From positions 89,210 to 153,209 of the IMG/VR virus record IMGVR_UViG_2922727739_000003: DNA of 64,000 nt, one strand, 5' to 3'. The number at the start of each line of letters is the position of its first letter. Position 1 is the first letter of the stretch. Made by a program: the position numbers and the translations under genes. This DNA is from a virus. Shown piece after piece: positions 19,455 through 27,776 of the stretch. The notes under the pieces are model-generated. The model saw only the letters and a program-made list of their open reading frames with translations, was not told where the DNA came from and ran no database searches.

Positions 19455-20132
19455 TTATAAGGTTTCTAGCCTATCGTAATTCAAATAGTAATGGTTATTA
19501 TACTTATTGAATAATAGCTTGCCCTCATCATCATATTGGTAACTGGTATGTATTGCATTCTTTTCAATGCTAAGTATCCCTTTTTCCTCTAGTTGCTTTG
19601 TATACTTAGGAATTGTGTTCTTGCTCATATTCAATTCTCTAGTCATGGTTGTTTCAATCCCCGGATAACAATACATCTTCTTACTATTCGTATGATTTAT
19701 ATAACTTTTTAAATAATATAATATTCTTACTTCTTTTCTGTCTAACTTTCGATCTCTCATGGCATATAAAACATTTATGGGTAATTGAGTAAAGTATTCC
19801 GTCTCTTCTTTGCTGATAGAGGTCAAAAACTTATCCTTGTTCAAGGTAAGTAAGATGGGCTTATTTTGTTTTAACTCTTCAACTTCTTTCAGCAAATACC
19901 TCAGATTGTACAGTTCTTTGAATATAGCTTTTATCGTTTTATTATCTGAGATACAAAGATAATCTTTTACTTCTGTAGTAAATACTTCGAACTCGAACTT
20001 GCTCCCTGTCTTCCAATATAAATATTTCAGGTAAAATACAAATGCAAATCCATTTACGCTTAAGTTAGGATCTCTTACTACATCATTTCTAATGAGAATT
20101 GTCTGTTTAGTTGATTTTTTGTTATCATTCAT
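19455..20132 (-). CDS. Tandem winged-helix protein, putative replication initiator
   Basis: Two wHTH-like units (DPNLSVNG..., YFTQLP...CYPGIETTMTRELNMSKNTI...LEEKGIL); iterons just past the stop. Confidence 0.7.
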   Translation of the reverse strand: MNDNKKSTKQTILIRNDVVRDPNLSVNGFAFVFYLKYLYWKTGSKFEFEVFTTEVKDYLCISDNKTIKAIFKELYNLRYLLKEVEELKQNKPILLTLNKDKFLTSISKEETEYFTQLPINVLYAMRDRKLDRKEVRILYYLKSYINHTNSKKMYCYPGIETTMTRELNMSKNTIPKYTKQLEEKGILSIEKNAIHTSYQYDDEGKLLFNKYNNHYYLNYDRLETL

Positions 20133-20178
20133 ATTTGTCTTCCATTATTTACACAGATAAGCATTTAATCTTATCTGC

Positions 20179-21288
20179 CTACCTTTCCTCCTTTTTATTA
20201 ATTAATTTTTTAGCTTCTCTTTGCAGCATAATTTTAATGGATTCACTTTGCTTATTAATTATTTGCAGCAATTCTTCTTTGTTCAGTTTTTCTAAGATAT
20301 TTTCATCTATATCTTCTAACATTCGAATGCCTGCCATATTCGCATAATCTTTATCGTCAGACAAATAGTGTTTTAGTGATGCATAGTTTGAATGCCCAAG
20401 TTGACTTCTAATCTCCTCAATATCTCCACCAGTCTCTTTTATGTAGTTTGCTGCTACGTTTCTAAAACTGTGGAAAACTATGTTTCTATCCTCAGAGATA
20501 TTCATTTCAGCTCTTAAATTTTTCATCATCGCTAAGATTGTATTATCTGACAAATGGAATACATAGTTGTCATTATATTTTTTATAGTACGCCTGCTCCT
20601 TTATTTTTAACATCTCATTGTATAAGTCAGGAGATAGTGGACGAGAATGCTTTTTATTTCCCTTGCCAATAATCTTTACAATATAGTTTTGACTATTTGG
20701 ATCTATACTTATGTCTGACCATTTAATATGTAGCAAACTTGATTTTCTGAAGCTCGTTGTATACGCTACCCTTATTAGTGTTGCTTTTTCCTGCCCCTTT
20801 TTTTGTTTCATTGCCAATTTTGCCATTGTCTCAGCTTCTTTTACTGTTAGCTTTCCATAACTTTCTCCATCGTCAGGAAGTTTATCCAGACGAACATCTT
20901 CTGCTCTTACGTTATATCTGTTTCGAGACAAGTGCTCATACAATTTGACAATCGGAGCTACTAATGAATTTACGTAGTTATTCCCATAATCATAATCGTC
21001 CAACAAATGAGCCTGATATCTAATCATTCGCTCATTTAAGATATCTAGGTCTTTTACTTCTAAATCCTCTATACTTTTTTTTGCATGCCACATAAAGAAT
21101 CTGCGAATCGCAACTTCATAGTTATAACGTGTAGTTTTACTTTTTCTCTCAACCTTCATCAGATAGGCTGAAACACTTTCAAATACTCTGTTAGTATGTA
21201 ATCCAACTACATTATTAGTCGATGCTACGCTCATCTTGCGCAACCCCCTTTCATCTTTGTACATATTATACATCATACATCTATACAA
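20179..21288 (-). CDS. Tyrosine recombinase family protein, SPbeta YopP-like (start likely MSVAST)
   Basis: R (FRKSS), K (GKGNK), HSFR, LGH and HY catalytic pattern; C-terminus resembles YopP as recalled. Confidence 0.85.
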   Translation of the reverse strand: MYRCMMYNMYKDERGLRKMSVASTNNVVGLHTNRVFESVSAYLMKVERKSKTTRYNYEVAIRRFFMWHAKKSIEDLEVKDLDILNERMIRYQAHLLDDYDYGNNYVNSLVAPIVKLYEHLSRNRYNVRAEDVRLDKLPDDGESYGKLTVKEAETMAKLAMKQKKGQEKATLIRVAYTTSFRKSSLLHIKWSDISIDPNSQNYIVKIIGKGNKKHSRPLSPDLYNEMLKIKEQAYYKKYNDNYVFHLSDNTILAMMKNLRAEMNISEDRNIVFHSFRNVAANYIKETGGDIEEIRSQLGHSNYASLKHYLSDDKDYANMAGIRMLEDIDENILEKLNKEELLQIINKQSESIKIMLQREAKKLINKKEER

Positions 21289-21404
21289 GTAAATATAATG
21301 AAAATAATTATATTGTTGACGAATTTAAATCTGCCATGCTATATTATTACCACAGAGATTGATTGTCTCTAAAAAATAAAACTTGAGAGGAATAAAAATA
21401 CATA

Positions 21405-21662
21405 ATGCCAAAACAGAATAAAAATAAAGGAAATCATTCGATTATTACTTGGGAGGATTTATATTATGATGGATATGAAGTAGATGTGTTTGATCAGAGA
21501 GATGTATCAGATTGGATGTTGGAAGGCACAGAAGATTGTTATGAATACATAGAGAAGCACGATGATGAAATTATTTGGTTAAAGAATGAAGCTCAGAAAA
21601 AATATTATAGAGAACCAAACAAGACAACTCTTATTGCAGAGGAGAATAATTTATCAATTTGA
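21405..21662 (+). CDS. Hypothetical protein at the YonP position
   Basis: GAGG RBS; TTGACG-18-TATATT promoter; overlaps the RNAP start. Confidence 0.7.
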   Translation: MPKQNKNKGNHSIITWEDLYYDGYEVDVFDQRDVSDWMLEGTEDCYEYIEKHDDEIIWLKNEAQKKYYREPNKTTLIAEENNLSI

Positions 21663-24253
21663 ATAAACAAGTACATGTATTTAGTGTCGATACTAGCGCT
21701 TTCTATAATGAAGAAGAAATGAAAATACATAGAAGACAAAAAAGAAACTATAGATTCAGAGCCACCTTAAAAGAAATTAAAAGCAAATATTCAAATCATC
21801 CATTGTTATTAAACAAAGCTGACCTATACTTAAAGTACACCAATAAACGGATAAAGAAATCTAAAGACAAACTATATGCCCTATTCAGATCAAATGAAAC
21901 TATTAGATCTCTTCGCCCAAGCGAAGTTGATAAAGAAAATCTGAAGAATATTGTTTCTGTATTTGATTCAACTCTAACAAGAGTCCTTCAAGTCGAAGAA
22001 GGTAGTCTCTTTAGAGACATAATCATAGTACAGACATACTTTTTCGATGTTCTAAAAGATATCATTGTTAATGGGTTTCTTTATAACAACGAGAAGTATG
22101 TTTGCTTTACAGCAAGTGCTGGGCAAATTAGAACAAAGAAAACTGTATTCATTAAAGAATCAGTTTTCCATGTTTACCAGCGAACACTAATGTGTGGATT
22201 AACCATAGAAAAGATCAATGAGCTTGGTGGCGTAAACATTAACAAGTATCTGGCATACTTGGCTCTTTGTAATAGCGCAACGGAACAATGGTACGATTTT
22301 GATATTAAAAAATCTATTGTCGTTGATGATATGACAACAACTTTAGAAACTACCGTTGACTTTATATCGGATAAAACATATGAAATTGAACGTAAAGCTA
22401 TGGATGTTCCCATTGAACACACAGATGGTTGTGGAATGATTTTACCTCGTAAAAGTAAAAAGGCAATGATGATTCGCCTTCCTTGGGTCAAAGGGTTGCT
22501 AGTCCCCTTCCCTTTTGATAAATTTTTGAGAGAAAAAAACAAACAAGTGGGCTACAGTAAATATGGAGTCATCAAAGACATCTATGGTAAAGAACATGAT
22601 ATATTAAAAGAAGAAATAGAAGTCATTTTTACGAAGAGTCAGTTTAAAATGTGGAAATACTATAGTTCTTGGTCAGAATACATAAATAAATATCTAAAGT
22701 ATAATTGTCAGGCAGGAAAGTGTAATGAAGAAGAAGATGTAATTGGAAACGCTAAATTAAATTATCAAATGTTGCAAACTTTAACCGATATGACAAACGA
22801 GGAACTAAAAACAATCAGCTCTGAAACCGTAAAAGACATTCGTAGAATTGGGTCAGACAAAGACACAATGCTAAAAATTTTAGGTGTCACTAGTTACAAT
22901 AAAAACAAAAATCAATTCCAGAAAGCCTTGGAAGTTTATCCAGAGCTTCTTAACGACACTTATAGTAAAGAAACAATTAAGCAAGTGAAAAAAAGTTTAA
23001 TCAAACATGCCAAAGCTGGAAAAATCGATGTGGAAGGAAAGTATACATTTATAAGCCCTGATCTCTATGCGTTTTGTGAATATCTTTTCTTGGGAATTAA
23101 CCAACCTCAAGGTTTATTAAGAGATTCAGAAGTGTTTTGTGATTTATTTGATAATGCTGTTGAACTAGATTGTCTTAGAAGTCCTCATCTGTATAGGGAA
23201 CACGCTGTTAGAAAGAACTCCAAGAATAAAGAGATGAAGCGATGGTTTGTTACTAAGAGTTTATATACCAGCATTCATGATCCTATCAGTAAAATACTTA
23301 TGTTTGACAACGATGGGGACAAAGCCCTAGTCTGTTGCGACAAAACACTAGTCGATGTTGCAAAGAGGAACATGCAAGGTGTATACCCTCTTTATTACGA
23401 GATGGCTAAGGCAGGAGCGGAACTTGTTAATAGCAAGAGTATATTTAATGGGCTGAACGCTGCGTATACGGGGGGAAACATCGGAATCATTAGCAATGAT
23501 ATAACGAAGATTTGGAATAGTGACAATATCGATCTTAATGTTATCAAGATTTTATGCATGGAAAACAACTTTACAATCGACTATGCGAAAACACTCTACA
23601 AACCTGAACGTCCAGAGCATATTAAGAAAAACATACTAAAGCACACTAAATCAAAAGCGCCTTATTTTTTTATGTACGCAAAAGACAAAGACGAGAGAAA
23701 AGTTGAGATTTCCAATAATAGTGTAATGAATCGTCTGTCAAACCTCATCCCCAATCCTAGAATCAGTTTCAATAATATTGGCTTAGGTAAATTCAACTAT
23801 ACCCTTTTGCTAAGTGATCCAAAAAAAACTGTACCACTCGATGAGATCTTAATTGAAACTTACAAAAGATTAGACAAGAATAAGAAATTTATGTTCTCTA
23901 ATGATGGAAACACAACGTCAAATGATGAATTATTCCATTATACGTCCATTAGAGAAGATATATTTTCAAGTAGTAAAAAAAGTAGAAACGAAATTGTTGA
24001 TGTTTTAATTGAATACCTGTATAACAGCAAAAAAAGCAATTTTAAAACAACTTTATGGTCATCATTTGGTGATATTATTTTGGATAATTTATTAAGGAAT
24101 CTCAATAAATTAGGAACGTGCGAAAGATGTAGAGTTAAATATACTATAACAAAACAGCGTCAGATTTATTGTGACGACTGTTTCAAAATAGTACGAAAAG
24201 AAAAAGAGCGCGACAAAAAGAGAAAACAAAGAAGTATAAAATTGTCCCCTTGA
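21659..24253 (+). CDS. yonO: YonO-type single-subunit RNA polymerase
   Basis: Catalytic DNDGD, TDGCGM, IRLPWVKG and LRSPHL motifs; C-terminal Zn ribbon; synteny. Confidence 0.93.
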   Translation: MNKQVHVFSVDTSAFYNEEEMKIHRRQKRNYRFRATLKEIKSKYSNHPLLLNKADLYLKYTNKRIKKSKDKLYALFRSNETIRSLRPSEVDKENLKNIVSVFDSTLTRVLQVEEGSLFRDIIIVQTYFFDVLKDIIVNGFLYNNEKYVCFTASAGQIRTKKTVFIKESVFHVYQRTLMCGLTIEKINELGGVNINKYLAYLALCNSATEQWYDFDIKKSIVVDDMTTTLETTVDFISDKTYEIERKAMDVPIEHTDGCGMILPRKSKKAMMIRLPWVKGLLVPFPFDKFLREKNKQVGYSKYGVIKDIYGKEHDILKEEIEVIFTKSQFKMWKYYSSWSEYINKYLKYNCQAGKCNEEEDVIGNAKLNYQMLQTLTDMTNEELKTISSETVKDIRRIGSDKDTMLKILGVTSYNKNKNQFQKALEVYPELLNDTYSKETIKQVKKSLIKHAKAGKIDVEGKYTFISPDLYAFCEYLFLGINQPQGLLRDSEVFCDLFDNAVELDCLRSPHLYREHAVRKNSKNKEMKRWFVTKSLYTSIHDPISKILMFDNDGDKALVCCDKTLVDVAKRNMQGVYPLYYEMAKAGAELVNSKSIFNGLNAAYTGGNIGIISNDITKIWNSDNIDLNVIKILCMENNFTIDYAKTLYKPERPEHIKKNILKHTKSKAPYFFMYAKDKDERKVEISNNSVMNRLSNLIPNPRISFNNIGLGKFNYTLLLSDPKKTVPLDEILIETYKRLDKNKKFMFSNDGNTTSNDELFHYTSIREDIFSSSKKSRNEIVDVLIEYLYNSKKSNFKTTLWSSFGDIILDNLLRNLNKLGTCERCRVKYTITKQRQIYCDDCFKIVRKEKERDKKRKQRSIKLSP

Positions 24254-24429
24254 GACCTTAAAACAACAATATACATAAAACCTAATGTTTAAAAGGGTTT
24301 TTTAGACATTTACTCGATTTACTTAATAGTCTTTAAGGGGGACAAGTTTTGACTGATATACAAAGCGAAGAGATCTTTACATTCCCCCACAAATAACAAA
24401 TGATAAAATATTAAGGGAGATAATTAAAC

Positions 24430-24753
24430 ATGAATAAAACAGAATTGGTAAAAGCAATTGCAGAAGCAACAGGTTATACGAAAAAGGATGTAGAAGCTGT
24501 AGTTGAATCAACATTTGCAACTATTACAAGTGCATTGGCTAGAGGCGAAGAAGTTAAGATTGCTGGCTTTGGTACATTTGAGATTCGTGAAACTGCTGCG
24601 CGAAATGGTGTCAACCCTAAGCTACTCGCAGAGCTAAAAACGCAAGGTGTAGATGCTGAAACAGCAAAAGCACAAGCCACTATTGCAATTGCCGCATCCA
24701 AAAAACCTGCATTCAAAGCAGCAAAAGCACTTAAAGAGCAAGTAAAACAGTAA
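24430..24753 (+). CDS. hup: HU family DNA-binding protein (YonN position)
   Basis: MNKTELVKAIAE...GFGTFE...KKPAFKAAKALKE. Confidence 0.93.
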   Translation: MNKTELVKAIAEATGYTKKDVEAVVESTFATITSALARGEEVKIAGFGTFEIRETAARNGVNPKLLAELKTQGVDAETAKAQATIAIAASKKPAFKAAKALKEQVKQ

Positions 24754-24782
24754 TTTTATCTTAATTATACATAAACTAAAAC

Positions 24783-25105
24783 GTCTACTCACTTGGGGCA
24801 TGTGGGTAGATCAAAATATACAATATCAGAAAAATCGGTGTTTCACCACCATTGAAGAGTGAGTGGTAAAGTTGGCGCAAGCCTGATATAAAACAATGAG
24901 GTGGGAAAGGTTCCCCACGCGCTTGCTTAACAGCAAGTTACCAGAGATCAGGATACGCCGCCCTGCATTGACTCAATTTTTAACTAAGCCTTGAACAAAG
25001 GAACCTGCAAGATGAAACATGGTAGACTAGACTAACGACTGAAGAAGATAAACCCTGAATATTGAGGGGGTTAATTTCCCCTTCATCTTACCCAAATGAG
25101 ATAAG
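24783..25105 (+). ncRNA. Candidate structured non-coding RNA
   Basis: No ORF; series of hairpins (tctactcac/gtgggtaga, atatcag/ctgatat, gtggg/cccac, cttgct/agcaag, cagg/cctg, atctta/tgagat). Confidence 0.5.
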
Positions 25106-25163
25106 CTATAAAAAACAGATCGTTTAGACTCAAAAAAATACATATTATAGGGAGTAAATATAT

Positions 25164-25334
25164 ATGGAATCAAATAAAGAGAAATTGGTTGGTTTGAATG
25201 GAATTCGGGAAGCAGCCTTTGGTCTATACCCTAATGCCTCCAAGATTACCATTACAATTGATGGTGAAAAAATCAAAGTTGCTCCGATTGAAGATTATGA
25301 AATTCCAGTTGGTCTAGAAATTGAAGAGGAGTAA
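25164..25334 (+). CDS. 56-aa protein at the YonK position (not in ORF track)
   Basis: GGGAG RBS; MESNKEKLVGLNG...DYEIPVGLEIEEE. Confidence 0.7.
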   Translation: MESNKEKLVGLNGIREAAFGLYPNASKITITIDGEKIKVAPIEDYEIPVGLEIEEE

Positions 25335-25338
25335 ATGA

Positions 25339-26526
25339 ATGACTCCTCTCAAATCACTAGATAACGAGACATACGAGGAATACCTTATACGGATTGGCTC
25401 CAGTAAAGACGAGTTGGGCTTATCTTGGAGTAAGATTGCTACGCTTATGAATGAATTTCTTAATGAAGATTTCACAGAGTCTAAATATCGAAAAGAGTTT
25501 CATCTACTTACTCGTGGCATCTCAATTGGCGTGAAAAAGTCGTCAACTGATGAGTACAGGCGCGAAATTGAAGATAAAACAGTTGAATTGCAAAAGCAAA
25601 AATATCAATTTCAAGATCAAAAACGCGAATTCAATAATAAAATCAAGATGATTGCTAAGTTTGAACACTTAAAAGATGAGATTTCAACTAGCATTAAGCA
25701 ACTTGAAAAAGTTAAGCCTCTCCCCTACTCTCCTGTTAAGGAAAGTCCCTCTTTTATTCGTGCAAACGTGCTTTTTTCAGACTTTCACTATGGTCAAGAA
25801 TCGGATAACTCTCTCAATAAATACAATCCACATGTATTTGATAAAAGGTTTAACCATCTTGTATCCAAAACGATTTATTATTGTCAGAAACATAATGTCG
25901 ATGAGTTAACGATAGCTTCTATTGGAGATCAAATTGCTGGCTTTATCCATCTAACTTCGAGAATTGAACAAAGCGAGGACGTAATTTCTCAAACTCAATA
26001 CATATCAGAGCGTTTGTCTGAAGCTGTCGCTGAGATATCTAAGTATGTACCCAAAGTAAAGGTTATCAATCTAATTGGGAATCACAGTCGAACTTTTCAA
26101 AGCAAAAATGAAGCTATATTAAAAGAAAATTTTGAAAATATCATTCCTTGGTATATGGAAAGTCGTTTGAGAAAATTCGATAACATTGAAGTTCTTAAGG
26201 GCGAGGACGGTTATTTTATCGATGATACATTTGAAAAGCCTCACATTTATGTTCACGGAGATATAGATCATGTTTCAAGCGCAGCTCGAACATTACCACA
26301 ATTCCTCGGTGTGATTCCTCAATATCTCTTTCAGGGCCACATTCATCACGACACGGTAAAAGATTTTGGTAGAACAACTGTGATTTCCAACGGCAGTCTT
26401 TGCGGCGCAGATTCTTATGCAATCAGTAAGCGTATGTATGCAGACGCAATGCAGAAAATGCACATCTTTAATGAAGATGGACGAATTGAGTACAAAATAG
26501 ATATCAATTTACAAGAAATAAAATAA
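25339..26526 (+). CDS. Calcineurin-like metallophosphoesterase (YonJ-like)
   Basis: SDFH, GD, GNH, HGD and GHIH motifs. Confidence 0.85.
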   Translation: MTPLKSLDNETYEEYLIRIGSSKDELGLSWSKIATLMNEFLNEDFTESKYRKEFHLLTRGISIGVKKSSTDEYRREIEDKTVELQKQKYQFQDQKREFNNKIKMIAKFEHLKDEISTSIKQLEKVKPLPYSPVKESPSFIRANVLFSDFHYGQESDNSLNKYNPHVFDKRFNHLVSKTIYYCQKHNVDELTIASIGDQIAGFIHLTSRIEQSEDVISQTQYISERLSEAVAEISKYVPKVKVINLIGNHSRTFQSKNEAILKENFENIIPWYMESRLRKFDNIEVLKGEDGYFIDDTFEKPHIYVHGDIDHVSSAARTLPQFLGVIPQYLFQGHIHHDTVKDFGRTTVISNGSLCGADSYAISKRMYADAMQKMHIFNEDGRIEYKIDINLQEIK

Positions 26527-26528
26527 AA

Positions 26529-26798
26529 ATGGAGGAAACAATGTACGCATATTTAGATAAATATCAAATTTTACATGTAGTTAATGAGAAAGAGCTAGCA
26601 GAAAAGTACGCTCTAAATAAGAAAATTGTTGAAGTAGATATTGAAGAAGAACACGGATACCCAGTGATCAATAAACAATCCGTAGTATATTATGCCGAAG
26701 ATGGAGCAGCATTTATTTATGGCAATCGAACTGACAAAAGAGCAAAACAAATTGTCACTCCTGAGGAAATTACGAAGATTGTGAATAAATTGAAATAA
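26529..26798 (+). CDS. Hypothetical protein
   Basis: GGAGG RBS; terminator at 26828-26853. Confidence 0.7.
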   Translation: MEETMYAYLDKYQILHVVNEKELAEKYALNKKIVEVDIEEEHGYPVINKQSVVYYAEDGAAFIYGNRTDKRAKQIVTPEEITKIVNKLK

Positions 26799-26969
26799 CC
26801 AAGAGTCTGAGGAATACATAAATCAAATGCCTGAGTCTTATCAGGCTTTTTATTATTTGTTTCTCATGGGGAGACTTCCGTCTTTAAACAGGCCGCTCCC
26901 TCCTGCCCCATGCTTTTTCACAATCAAATGGGAATTTTATTGTTTTTTCTATGTAAAGAAGGTGAAATA

Positions 26970-27767
26970 TTGGCTGATACAAAAAAAGAATTGCCATCTT
27001 CTAAAAAAATAACTTGTCTAACATGCCGAAAGACAAAAGTTGCAACATCTTATTATGTGAATTCTAATCCATTATTCATTACTGAAAAATTTGAAATATG
27101 TAAGTCATGTATGAATGAATACATAGGCGAAAAAGATGCTAACTACCTGAACAGAGTTATTAGTGTATTGGCGATGATGGATAAGCCTTTTATTAAAGAT
27201 CTATGGATCTCTCGTGGTGAAGAATGGTCGAGGTACATTCCACAACTCTCGTCTTTCCCCAAGTACAAAGATATGAAATTTTCTGACAGTGACAATTATT
27301 TTATCCAGAGTAATACTGATGCAAATGAAGCTGAATATATAGACGAAGAACGTCATTACAATAAGAAATGGATGGGAGAATATACCGCTTCCGACATTGA
27401 CTATCTTGAGGAATACTATACTGGATTAGATAGAGATTTTAAAATAGTTACAACTAATCATAAGGACTATGCCAAGAAGATATGTAAAGCAAGCTTGCAT
27501 ATGGATAAGTGCTTTCAGGATGTATTGAATGGTGTTTCTGGGGCCGACTCTAAATATAAATCAGCAAGAGAAACATTTGATACTTTATCAAAATCAGCGC
27601 AGTTTTCTGAATCGCAAAGAGGACAAAATGATGTAGGTTTGGGATGTTTTGGAGTAACATTCGATCAAGTTGAACAGAGAAAATGGGTGCCAAAACATAT
27701 CCCTATGGATAAAGACAGTATTGATAAGATGATAGATCAATTTGCATCTATCAAAGAATCGGTTTAG
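26970..27767 (+). CDS. Putative terminase small subunit (YonG-like)
   Basis: TTG start after GAAGGTG; CxxC pairs; directly upstream of the large terminase. Confidence 0.65.
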   Translation: MADTKKELPSSKKITCLTCRKTKVATSYYVNSNPLFITEKFEICKSCMNEYIGEKDANYLNRVISVLAMMDKPFIKDLWISRGEEWSRYIPQLSSFPKYKDMKFSDSDNYFIQSNTDANEAEYIDEERHYNKKWMGEYTASDIDYLEEYYTGLDRDFKIVTTNHKDYAKKICKASLHMDKCFQDVLNGVSGADSKYKSARETFDTLSKSAQFSESQRGQNDVGLGCFGVTFDQVEQRKWVPKHIPMDKDSIDKMIDQFASIKESV

Positions 27768-27776
27768 GTGAAATAA

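Larger units (their letters stand above)
6225..21302. promoter_or_regulatory. Repeated operator-like 11-mer AATATAATGAA next to sigma-A promoters
   Basis: Minus-strand copies at 6225, 7632, 10948, 14514, 16030 (1 mismatch), 16142, 16241, 18238; plus-strand copy at 21292. Confidence 0.65.

Noticed and set aside
25005-25060. Hammerhead ribozyme core (CTGAAGA with upstream GAAA)
   Set aside because: The required stem II pairing could not be formed from the flanking bases.
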